A stretch of 64,000 nt of DNA from an uncultured Candidatus Saccharibacteria bacterium (GTDB taxonomy: Bacteria; Patescibacteriota; Minisyncoccia; Minisyncoccales; Staskawiczbacteraceae), in NCBI GenBank assembly GCA_964483475.1, contig CAZAAH010000003.1:142-64141 (forward strand), in the 5' to 3' direction. Below are positions 1-7,516 of the stretch, piece after piece. Below the pieces are notes generated by a model. The model worked only from the letters and a program-made list of their open reading frames with translations. It was not told the origin of the DNA and made no database searches. Position 1 is the first letter of the stretch, and every line of letters starts with the position of its first letter. A program made the translations under genes and the position numbers.

Positions 1-311
1 GTTGATTCATATTTTCGAAAAATATGAATTTCATATCCATGATAAATTTTATGGATATGTACTACATGTAAATAATACTTAGCAAAACATCCAAAATCCT
101 TAAACTTCGGATTTTGGTCTTATATTCGATGTGCTTTCTTCATTACCTTACCCGAAACGTCGATATACAATAATTCTCTAAAAACAATAAACAAATCACC
201 CTTTATTCTTTTTCATAAATTCGCTACGGAATGCCAAAAAATTAACCAAAAGGACGATTCTTCCTCATAAATCGTCTTTTTAGAACACGAGTTAAGCACT
301 TTGTATACTGC

Positions 312-473
312 CTATTTACGTCCTTCTTTATGCAAGGTGTGTTTTTTGCAGGAGTTGCAAAACTTCATTATTTCCAGCTTCTTTTCCGCCATCGCCTTGG
401 TTTTTTTGGTAAAATAATTTACGTGCTTACACACGGAACACTGCATTTTTAAAAACGGTTTTTTTGCTGCCAT
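312..473 (-). CDS. rpmG: 50S ribosomal protein L33
   Basis: Own translation of an ORF under 60 aa not in the track: MAAKKPFLKMQCSVCKHVNYFTKKTKAMAEKKLEIMKFCNSCKKHTLHKEGRK. Has the CxxC...CxxC zinc-ribbon pattern and the length and composition of L33. Confidence 0.7.
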   Translation of the reverse strand: MAAKKPFLKMQCSVCKHVNYFTKKTKAMAEKKLEIMKFCNSCKKHTLHKEGRK

Positions 474-589
474 TCTACGTTAAGAATTTAGCATACAGGA
501 TTTAGTATTTAGGTTTTACGATACGTTCCCTAAATTCTCTATTCTGAATTCTATATCCTAATTAATTGAGCCGATGGAGAGAATTGGCC

Positions 590-619
590 AGCTAAGCTGG
601 CCTACCCCGCTTAGCGGGG
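590..619. repeat. two adjacent GC hairpins centred on GCTNAGC (GCCAGCTAAGCTGGC and CCCCGCTTAGCGGGG)
   Basis: Perfect inverted repeats read directly. Members of a local family also at 803-821, 995-1009, 1055-1069, 1191-1205 and 1211-1225. Confidence 0.6.
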
Positions 620-636
620 TGAACTCCCGTGCTCTG

Positions 637-708
637 AGCCAGTGGGGAGAATCGAACTCCCGATCTACTCCTTACCATGGAGTTGCTTTACCACTAAGCC
701 ACACTGGC
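637..708 (-). tRNA. tRNA-Thr (anticodon GGT)
   Basis: Manual cloverleaf: acceptor GCCAGTG/CACTGGC, D-stem GCTT/AAGC, anticodon stem ACTCC/GGAGT with loop ATGGTAA, T-arm GGGAG-TTCGATT-CTCCC, 72 nt. Confidence 0.8.
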
Positions 709-1069
709 ACAATTATAAATTTTTATATTGTAATTTGCTTAATGTTTCTTTTAATTGTATTTTTATTTCTGCATGACCCTTTCCTCCCTTCAAGAATTTT
801 TCTCGACGCTTAGCGTCGAGACGATCTAAATAGCATTCGTAATATATAAGCAATAAAGGCCTCCGAAATCTTGTTGCCCTAACCAACCCTTTATCGTGGT
901 AACAATTCGATTTTTAAGATTAGGGGTGTATCCAGTGTATAACTGTTTATCCTTCTCGCTGAAAAGAATATAAATGTAAAACATATCAGGTGTGCCCGCT
1001 TAGCGGGCCACTTCACTCATCTGATCTGTGGCGGGAACGCTCGGCGTTCCCTGGCCCAGCTCAGCTGGG

Positions 1070-1152
1070 TGGGCGCGGCAGGACTTGCACCTGCGAAGGT
1101 CAGGGACCGCTAGATTTACAGTCTAGTGCCTTTGCTGCTCAGCCACACGCCC
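1070..1152 (-). tRNA. tRNA-Tyr (anticodon GTA), long variable arm
   Basis: Manual fold: acceptor GGGCGTG/CGCGCCC, anticodon stem CTAGA with loop CTGTAAA, long variable arm as in bacterial tRNA-Tyr, T-stem GCAGG/CCTGC, 83 nt. Confidence 0.7.
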
Positions 1153-1220
1153 ATACGTTATTTTTTATCACAAATTCAGCGGCTATTCAACCCAGCTAAG
1201 CTGGGTTAAGGCTAGCTCAG

Positions 1221-1916
1221 CTAGCCAATGACCTTACCATGCGCTTTTTTCCAAGCCTCTATTTTTTTGTGGTCACCCGAAAGCAATACCTTTGGAACTC
1301 GCCAACTTTTGACTTTTGACTTTTGACTTTTAACTTCAAAGATTTCCGGCCTCGTATACTGCGCGTATTCAATGAATCCCCCGCCCTTGGTTATCCTCTC
1401 TTTTAAAAGTTTTTCTTTGCCCAAGACCCCGGGCACCAACCTTGCAATCGTTTCAATGGCTACCATGGCCGGTAATTCGCCCCCCATTAAGTCATAATCC
1501 CCAATTGATAATTCTAAATCTGCAATATTTTTCGCCACCCTTTCGTCAACTCCCTCATAACGGCCGCAGATGAAAATAACCTGGTCTAACTTTGAAAGTT
1601 GATAGGCTATTTTTTGATTAAACTTCCGACCGCGCGGAGTAAATAATACCACCTTGGATTTAGGATTTAGGATTTTGGATTTAGGATTTTTTTTTAAAAA
1701 ATTGACTGCTTTATAAATTGGTTCAATCTTTAATACCATTCCCAACCCCCCGCCAAACGGCCGATCATCAACCGTTTTATGGCTATCGTTGGTCCAGCGG
1801 CGTAAGTTATGGACATTAATGTTAATCAACTTCTTTTTTTGGGCGCGCGCAATCAGACTCTCGTTGATATAAGAGTCAAAAATATTTGGAAAAATGGTTA
1901 CAATATCAAATCGCAT
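1221..1916 (-). CDS. trmD: tRNA (guanine37-N1)-methyltransferase TrmD
   Basis: N-terminus MRFDIVTIFPNIF... and overall TrmD (SPOUT) layout. Contains in-frame insertions encoded by DNA microsatellites (NPKSKILNPKSKVV and SQKSKVKS). Confidence 0.9.
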   Translation of the reverse strand: MRFDIVTIFPNIFDSYINESLIARAQKKKLININVHNLRRWTNDSHKTVDDRPFGGGLGMVLKIEPIYKAVNFLKKNPKSKILNPKSKVVLFTPRGRKFNQKIAYQLSKLDQVIFICGRYEGVDERVAKNIADLELSIGDYDLMGGELPAMVAIETIARLVPGVLGKEKLLKERITKGGGFIEYAQYTRPEIFEVKSQKSKVKSWRVPKVLLSGDHKKIEAWKKAHGKVIG

Positions 1917-1976
1917 GACCTGGATTGTAACATAAAAAGCAAAAAACCGCCAGCGGCGGTTTTTTGCTTTTTAAAA

Positions 1977-2303
1977 TTACAAAGAAATATTTTCAATATC
2001 CTCTGACATTTCTTTTTTCTCCGGTCTCGGAGCTCTGCCACCCTCGGGCTCTTCAATTTTCAAGTTTACCCTGGCGTGGTTTTTCAATCCGATAATTCGG
2101 ACCAAGTTTCTTATTGCTTTGGCTGTTGATCCTTCCCTTCCAATGATTTGGCCCATATCAGCTGGGTTTACCGTCAATGAAAGCAAGACTCCCATTTCGT
2201 CAACTTTTCTCTCAACTTTGACGTCTTTTGGGTTGTCAACTAACTCCTTAACAACGTATTCAAGAAACTCTTTGTCATTATCTTTTGCCATTGTTCTACT
2301 CAA
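1977..2303 (-). CDS. khpA: KH-domain RNA-binding protein (YlqC/KhpA-like)
   Basis: KH motif IGREGSTAKAIRNLV. Conserved position between rpsP and trmD. Confidence 0.75.
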   Translation of the reverse strand: MSRTMAKDNDKEFLEYVVKELVDNPKDVKVERKVDEMGVLLSLTVNPADMGQIIGREGSTAKAIRNLVRIIGLKNHARVNLKIEEPEGGRAPRPEKKEMSEDIENISL

Positions 2304-2436
2304 GAACTTAAGAACATATGAACTGAAGAACTATCTGGTCCTTTCGTTCTTTCGTTTTTTGGTTCTTTCGTTAAACTAATTCTGCAGCTCGACCGTTCTG
2401 CAACTAAATTATAGTATACTTTTTTAAAACATTTTG

Positions 2437-2661
2437 TCAACTGTCAAAAAAAATTGGGGCGGCCAGATTTGCATCCAGCCACGCCCCTTGCCCCAAATCT
2501 GCTCTCGGTTTCCGTTTTTGGCTACCGGGTACCTCTCGCCCGGTACCGAGCGTACAAGACGGTCTCGAGTACCGCCTTTTCCCTCCCTTGAAGGAATTCG
2601 CCCGTTGGGTCCCTACGCAGACCCTAACCGCCAACACCCTCCGACGGAAACGACGTGCCAT
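2437..2661 (-). CDS. hypothetical very basic 74-aa protein (Arg/Lys-rich) in GC-rich island
   Basis: ATG preceded by a perfect SD (AAAAAGGAGAAAGC-ATG). Arg-richness may be partly a GC artefact, hence low confidence. Confidence 0.3.
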   Translation of the reverse strand: MARRFRRRVLAVRVCVGTQRANSFKGGKRRYSRPSCTLGTGREVPGSQKRKPRADLGQGAWLDANLAAPIFFDS

Positions 2662-2712
2662 GCTTTCTCCTTTTTGTTGCGAGAATTGGTGGTCATGGCG
2701 AACCGCCAATCT

Positions 2713-2835
2713 CTAACCTGAAGGCGCGCTCCGCGCGCACCCTTTATCCCTCAGAAACCACTGGACGAACATCAGCGCTACCGCCGCGGCGACGGTCAAT
2801 AGCGCACAAGCAATGGGTCTCCAAAGCCTTTGCAT
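2713..2835 (-). CDS. hypothetical 40-aa hydrophobic/TM peptide
   Basis: Own translation: MQRLWRPIACALLTVAAAVALMFVQWFLRDKGCARSAPSG. SD AAAGGAG 6 nt upstream. Not in the ORF track because it is under 60 aa. Confidence 0.45.
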   Translation of the reverse strand: MQRLWRPIACALLTVAAAVALMFVQWFLRDKGCARSAPSG

Positions 2836-2881
2836 CTTACTCCTTTCAATCCTGGCTTGGGTCAAGGAATTCACATCGAAT

Positions 2882-2997
2882 CCCTTCTTTCAAATCATTA
2901 TACTATGAATTTATATTTTTCAATATTGAGTTTCAGTAAAATTCTGTGAATTAATTCTGAAATCGGTAAAATCTCACGTAATGATCTGAAAGAAAGG
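2882..2997. repeat. island inverted repeat D (116 bp, ends CCCTTCTTTCA...TGAAAGAAAGG)
   Basis: Read directly. Long imperfect hairpin with the conserved terminal 11-mers shared with the repeats at 3853, 4651 and 5263. Confidence 0.6.
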
Positions 2998-3104
2998 CCT
3001 ATGTTCTTTTGACGAATCCTGATTTCGTCCTTTTGGGCCCATCGGTTCCGACACACATCGGAATATCAGAAGGTGTTTAGGCAAGAACACCGAACCAGAA
3101 AACG

Positions 3105-3365
3105 CTAACGGTTGAAGAGAACACAAAATGCAATCTGGGGAAGATCCCACTCTTCCACCATTGCCCGGACCTTGACGACATCTGGTGCCTTGAGAAAACT
3201 CAAGGCAATTTCGGCTCCCAACTCGCTGGGGACGCGCTCCGCCCCTTCCTCGAGCATGAAGTTCCTCGCGAGAAAGGGATCATCAGAATACTTGTGGAGC
3301 ACTCGACCCAGGTCCAGCAAATACTCCGCCGGAGAAACGCTTTCTACTGTAAAAAGTAAAAGCAT
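3105..3365 (-). CDS. hypothetical protein (86 aa) in island
   Basis: Start MLLLFTVESVSP... preceded by a G-rich SD (TGGGGGGACC-ATG). No recognisable domain. Confidence 0.35.
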   Translation of the reverse strand: MLLLFTVESVSPAEYLLDLGRVLHKYSDDPFLARNFMLEEGAERVPSELGAEIALSFLKAPDVVKVRAMVEEWDLPQIAFCVLFNR

Positions 3366-3535
3366 GGTCCCCCCAGTAAAAAAAGTGCTACCCCTAACTT
3401 CAGCCCACAACCTACAAGGTTATGAACTAGAGAAAAGGGAGGAACTTGAGCGTTGCTCAGGGTATCCTCCGTGTACTCTTTGAGAGAAATTTGAAATAGG
3501 TATTCTCCCTTAACCTATTAATCTCAAAAAAGAGG

Positions 3536-3808
3536 TTATTGACTTTGTTGCCTCTTCTTGATCTCTTCTAACCTTTGTCTTATTTTGATCTCTTCCAAGC
3601 CATTCAGACAATCCTCCTCGATGGTTTTCAGTAATTTTTCTCTTCTTTTATCCATATCGTCCCTACCAACCAATAGTAGCATTTCGAGAAAATTATATTT
3701 TTCGTTGTAACCCCGGTAATAACCAAGGTTCAGGCCGACGATGAATGCCACTAATGCAACCACTACCAGCAACAATCCAGTGTAGAAAGTGCTCACGGAA
3801 ATCTCCAT
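3536..3808 (-). CDS. hypothetical small membrane protein (N-terminal TM helix plus charged coiled-coil tail)
   Basis: Hydrophobic stretch LLLVVVALVAFIVGL followed by an EEIKIRQRLEEIKKRQ coiled coil. Confidence 0.45.
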   Translation of the reverse strand: MEISVSTFYTGLLLVVVALVAFIVGLNLGYYRGYNEKYNFLEMLLLVGRDDMDKRREKLLKTIEEDCLNGLEEIKIRQRLEEIKKRQQSQ

Positions 3809-3822
3809 TTGAGATCGAAAGT

Positions 3823-3899
3823 TCTGCGCCCAACCTGGCGGAAGCCAGATTTAAGACGCATACCCTTCTTTCAAACCATGAATTTAATTCATGAACTGA
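3823..3899. repeat. conserved 30-nt block plus island inverted repeat B (47 bp)
   Basis: TCTGCGCCCAACCTGGCGGAAGCCAGATTTAAGACGCATA abutting CCCTTCTTTCA...TGAAAGTAAGGGG. The 40-mer is near-identical to 5223-5262. Confidence 0.6.
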
Positions 3900-3980
3900 A
3901 AGTAAGGGGTGAAAGATTTCACATCCTGTGAAATCTTTCACCCATGTTTTGCTGCGTCATCGTGACGCAACCTCATTTTA

Positions 3981-4541
3981 TTACGGTAGCTCTGTGAGCC
4001 GAAGCTCTTTCTTGAGCTCCTCAGCAGTAGTATCATACCACTGCTGATTCCGCATAACCGCCCAACTGGTACCGTCCGTGGCACATTCAGTCGGTACGGT
4101 CGCGCAGCCGTATCCTAGTGCCTCATCCCGACTGCACGGAAAGTACAATTTGAACTTCCTTTCCCCATACGACTTTTGGGTCGCCTGGGAATAGGTGGGT
4201 ACCGGACGCCCATACCACCTAATCTCATGGTGGTACTCCACTCGCAGAGCCGTCCGTGGCCGGTTTAGATACTCGGCCAACGACCCACCGAACTTAATCG
4301 GCGGCTGGACTTCCAGAATCAGACGCTGAAGTTTTCTCAACGCCGTCCGGAGACCCTTCGGCCCCCGACAGGTCATGGACCCGCACATTGTGGGAAGACG
4401 GAGCGAAAAAACTTTTTTTCCATTCTCCTCCCCCACGAGGATCTCCGCTGGACGTTGCCAGCCCAGATCCGGCCGCTCCAACTGGGCGACCAGCCGTGCC
4501 TCGATCCGGTTACCACTTTCCGTCGTAAAAAAAGTACTCAT
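3981..4541 (-). CDS. hypothetical protein (186 aa), GC-rich, no recognised family
   Basis: Strong SD (GCAAAGGAGAAAC-ATG). Codon usage and GC differ from the flanking core genes. Confidence 0.55.
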   Translation of the reverse strand: MSTFFTTESGNRIEARLVAQLERPDLGWQRPAEILVGEENGKKVFSLRLPTMCGSMTCRGPKGLRTALRKLQRLILEVQPPIKFGGSLAEYLNRPRTALRVEYHHEIRWYGRPVPTYSQATQKSYGERKFKLYFPCSRDEALGYGCATVPTECATDGTSWAVMRNQQWYDTTAEELKKELRLTELP

Positions 4542-4650
4542 GGTTTCTCCTTTGCGAGAATGCGATCTACACCCTTATGTGCCATGACGCACATAAGCGG
4601 TTTTGGAAATGTTCAACCTCGTGCACAAGTAGATATTACGCTTGAGGCTT

Positions 4651-4742
4651 CCCTTCTTTCAAACCACCATCGTTCAGTTTTAACCTATCCCTTATTCGAG
4701 CGAATTAGAGATGTGTTTTCCTTGATGATTTGAAAGAAAGGG
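4651..4742. repeat. island inverted repeat C (92 bp)
   Basis: CCCTTCTTTCAAACC...TGATTTGAAAGAAAGG. Followed by the conserved junction GAGGAATTGGAACATCGCTGTTCC...TCCTCCGTGACTCTTCGG, which is also seen degenerate at 3425-3480. Confidence 0.6.
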
Positions 4743-4907
4743 AGGAATTGGAACATCGCTGTTCCGGTCTCCTCCGTGACTCTTCGGCTCGCTCAGGGCG
4801 AGCCCTTGACTTGCCGTTCCTGGCAAGCCCTACGAAATCCCGTCCTTTGGTAAGGCAGTCCGGGCATCTGCCCACACCTGTACTGACTGGCCCAGGGCGA
4901 GGCTTTT

Positions 4908-5192
4908 TCAACCGACCACAAACCCTCCTTCGCGAGGGGGGTTCGCGTGTGGCGCCGCCACACGATAAGCGCCTCCGCCCCGCCTTCCGAACGACCCAGA
5001 GTAAATCTCTGGGATAATACCTGCATCGACGAGTGCCTCGTCTGCTGTTTCGAATGTTTTTTCACCTTTGAAGCGAAACCGGAACGGACCGGGCTCTGAT
5101 GGGAAATGCCTCTTCCCGTCAGAATCGAGCCACTGATAACCGGCATGCTTCCCAGCGAGAAAAACGACGGACCCCGTCAGCAATGTAAACAT
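4908..5192 (-). CDS. hypothetical small secreted protein (94 aa, N-terminal signal-like MFTLLTGSVVFLAGKHAG)
   Basis: Start chosen at the internal ATG with SD GAAAGGGGAATAAG-ATG. The track ORF 4908..5234 begins upstream inside the repeat. Confidence 0.5.
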   Translation of the reverse strand: MFTLLTGSVVFLAGKHAGYQWLDSDGKRHFPSEPGPFRFRFKGEKTFETADEALVDAGIIPEIYSGSFGRRGGGAYRVAAPHANPPREGGFVVG

Positions 5193-5222
5193 CTTATTCC
5201 CCTTTCGAGAGAATAGTGAAGT

Positions 5223-5337
5223 CTCTGCGCCCAACCTGGCGAAAGCCAGATTTAAGACGCATACCCTTCTTTCAGCTAGCCAACCGTGGCAAGTAGCCAG
5301 GCTCCCAGATAGGACTTACTGACGAGCTGAAAGAAAG
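5223..5337. repeat. conserved 40-nt block plus island inverted repeat A (75 bp)
   Basis: TCTGCGCCCAACCTGGCGAAAGCCAGATTTAAGACGCATA followed by CCCTTCTTTCAGCTAGCC...GAGCTGAAAGAAAGG. Confidence 0.6.
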
Positions 5338-5456
5338 GTAGGAAACCAAGATTCAATCATCCTTTTGGTCGTGTTTCCTTAGGTTTTTCAATGTTCATTT
5401 TACGCCTTAATTATAGCACTATCAAGCAAGTGTGTCAAGTGTTTAGGTAATCAATC

Positions 5457-5483
5457 AAAAAACGCCGATAATCGGCGTTTTTT
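5457..5483 (-). terminator. rho-independent terminator downstream of rpsP
   Basis: AAAAAACGCCGATAATCGGCGTTTTTT hairpin plus T-tract immediately 3' of the rpsP stop. Confidence 0.65.
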
Positions 5484-5495
5484 GGTACATTGTTT

Positions 5496-5927
5496 CTATT
5501 TTTTGGGTTCCTCTTTTGGCTCTTCTTTGGGCTCTTCGTTTTTTGGAGTTTCTGGCGAAGGCGCTGGAGTTTCCGTTACAGTTTCGGACTTAGTTTCAGG
5601 AACTGGTGGGGCCGAGGTAGGAACCGGAGCGGCCGCAGCCGCGGCTGCGGCCGCTTTTTTACTCTTTTTTGCAACCGGGATTTTCTTGCCCTCAATAATT
5701 TTTTCTGAAATCAACAAATTGTGAACTGTGGCTGACGGTTGGGCTCCTTTAGACATCCAATGCAAAATCCTTTCCTTTTTTAAAGATTTCCTCTTGGTGA
5801 GTGGATCAAGGTATCCCAAAATTTCAACCGCCCTTCCCCCTTTGGAAGACCTCCGCTTATCAATGACCACCACCCTAAAAAATGGCTGGTTCTTTTTCCC
5901 TTGTCTTGTTAAACGAATCGTTAGCAT
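5496..5927 (-). CDS. rpsP: 30S ribosomal protein S16 with Ala/Pro/Glu/Lys-rich C-terminal extension
   Basis: MLTIRLTRQGKKNQPFFRVVVIDKR. The C-terminus has an Ala9 run and PKEE repeats. Confidence 0.9.
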   Translation of the reverse strand: MLTIRLTRQGKKNQPFFRVVVIDKRRSSKGGRAVEILGYLDPLTKRKSLKKERILHWMSKGAQPSATVHNLLISEKIIEGKKIPVAKKSKKAAAAAAAAAPVPTSAPPVPETKSETVTETPAPSPETPKNEEPKEEPKEEPKK

Positions 5928-5946
5928 AGTTTAAAAATTATTCTAA

Positions 5947-6639
5947 TTAATTCCATGATTTCTTAATAAGACCTTCTTTGGCTGCTTCCTCCTCTGCCTC
6001 CTGTTTTGAATAGCCTTCGCCCTCGGCCACCAAGTCCTGCCCTAAAAATACTCCCACTTTGAACTTCTTTTGATGGTCAGGCCCCCACTCTTCAACAACC
6101 TTGTACATGGGAGTCACCCCCACCTTTTCCTGGGCCTGCTCTTGAAAGTAAGACTTTGCGTCTTTGTATAATTTGTTTTCTATGATGTCGGGCAGTTTTT
6201 TCAACAGGTATTTGGCGATGAGGGCGTCAACGGTTTCATACCCTTGGTCGAGGTACAGTGCCCCGATGAAAGCTTCAAAGGTGTTGGCCAAAATGTACTG
6301 GCGCGCCTTGCCCAACTCTTTCATTTCGCCCCGTGATAGGAGCAAAAAATCATTAAAGCCCATTTCCTCGGCCATGGAGGTAAGCATTTTGGCATTGACC
6401 AGGGCTGCCCTCCAGTTGGTCAGCTCTCCCTCGGCTTTGTCTGGATATGTTTTGTAAAGGTATTCGGTGATGGACAATTCCAAAACTGCATCTCCCAAAA
6501 ATTCCAATCGTTCATTATGCTCCATGCCGGATTTTGGGTTTTCATTGAGGTATGATCGATGGACAAATGCCTGAGTTAAAAGCTCTTTACTTTTAAATTT
6601 CAATCCCAACTTTTTTTCTAATAAGGAAAAATCCTTCAT
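5947..6639 (-). CDS. rnc: ribonuclease III
   Basis: RNase III signature ERLEFLGDAVL plus a C-terminal dsRBD. Confidence 0.9.
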   Translation of the reverse strand: MKDFSLLEKKLGLKFKSKELLTQAFVHRSYLNENPKSGMEHNERLEFLGDAVLELSITEYLYKTYPDKAEGELTNWRAALVNAKMLTSMAEEMGFNDFLLLSRGEMKELGKARQYILANTFEAFIGALYLDQGYETVDALIAKYLLKKLPDIIENKLYKDAKSYFQEQAQEKVGVTPMYKVVEEWGPDHQKKFKVGVFLGQDLVAEGEGYSKQEAEEEAAKEGLIKKSWN

Positions 6640-6704
6640 TCTGTTACGAAAGAACAGAAAAACTTAAGAACGAAAGAACCATGTCATGGTAGTTCTTTAG
6701 TCCT

Positions 6705-7142
6705 TTAGTTCTTTGGTTCTTCAGTTTTTGGTTCTAATTGCTTATACACTGTCCCCAAAACGCCATTTACAAATTTACCAGAACTCTGGCCAGAAAATGA
6801 CTTTGCCAGTTCAATGGCCTCGTTGATGGCAACCTTTGGCGGAACTTCTTCTTTATTGCTGTACAAAAGTTCAAAAAGCCCTATTCGTAAAACATTTCTG
6901 TCAACCAGCGGGATTTGGGCAAGCGGCCACTCGGGAGCTGCCTTTTCAATAATGTTGTCAATTTCTTTTTGGTGTTTTGCCACCCCGTCAGCCAGCTCTT
7001 TTACAAATGTTAAATCTTCCAAGCCAGGGCCGAAATCCTTGATATTCCTATCAATAATTTGGTCTAAATTTTTTTGACCATAAAAATCCCATTCATACAA
7101 ACTTTGCATTACTATAGATCGTGATAGGTGCCGACTAGCCAT
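6705..7142 (-). CDS. nusB: transcription antitermination factor NusB
   Basis: NusB-like helical protein; recognised by overall sequence resemblance, no single diagnostic motif. Confidence 0.8.
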   Translation of the reverse strand: MASRHLSRSIVMQSLYEWDFYGQKNLDQIIDRNIKDFGPGLEDLTFVKELADGVAKHQKEIDNIIEKAAPEWPLAQIPLVDRNVLRIGLFELLYSNKEEVPPKVAINEAIELAKSFSGQSSGKFVNGVLGTVYKQLEPKTEEPKN

Positions 7143-7178
7143 GTTAATGAATTATGAATTAAGAATTACGAATTATGA

Positions 7179-7463
7179 TTATTTTTTTGAAAGTTCTTCC
7201 ATACTCATTGGCTTTTCTGTTTTTTGCCCTTTTTCTTGCTTTGCCATTTCTTTTTCTCTCAACTTTTTCTCTTTTTTAGTGAGCTTGCCCAAAACATTAA
7301 TAACCTCTCTCCCCTTATAATATCCGCAGTGCTGGCACACGGTATGAGGCCTAACCGGCTTTTTGCATTTTTGGCAGGTCGTCAAAGCAGCGGGCCTGAT
7401 GTAAATATGCATCCTCCGTTGCCCTACGCTTGACCTGGTGTGTTTATGTCTTGGAACAGCCAT
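7179..7463 (-). CDS. rpmF: 50S ribosomal protein L32 with Lys/Glu-rich C-terminal extension
   Basis: MAVPRHKHTRSSVGQRRMH...C..C...HTVCQHCGYYKGREV. Confidence 0.8.
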   Translation of the reverse strand: MAVPRHKHTRSSVGQRRMHIYIRPAALTTCQKCKKPVRPHTVCQHCGYYKGREVINVLGKLTKKEKKLREKEMAKQEKGQKTEKPMSMEELSKK

Positions 7464-7516
7464 GCTTTTGGAATTATGATTTAAGAATTATGAATTAAGA
7501 TTATGAAGATATCCTA

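Noticed and set aside
574-1199. 79-aa and 69-aa plus-strand ORFs
   Set aside because: They overlap tRNA-Thr, tRNA-Tyr and the GC hairpins. This is structured RNA DNA, not coding.
3112-3483. 123-aa plus-strand ORF in the island
   Set aside because: It has no SD and an Arg/Ser-rich GC artefact composition. The overlapping minus-strand ORF has a G-rich SD and fits the one-strand organisation of the island.
2880-5340. The conserved island motif (CTGGCNNNNGCCAG hairpin plus flanks) as a known riboswitch in front of the small genes
   Set aside because: I compared it from memory with the ZTP (pfl), guanidine (ykkC and mini-ykkC), glycine, c-di-GMP and fluoride consensus cores and found no convincing match. 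The long variable hairpins fit DNA-level repeats better than a ligand-binding aptamer.
2880-5340. The island repeats as a CRISPR array or a DGR template/variable repeat pair
   Set aside because: The repeats are imperfect palindromes of different lengths, not identical direct repeats with uniform spacers. No cas gene or reverse transcriptase is present, and the two 40-mers do not show adenine-specific differences.
5482-5724. 80-aa and 72-aa plus-strand ORFs
   Set aside because: They are antisense to rpsP. The Ala run arises from the GCNGCN repeat encoding the S16 tail.
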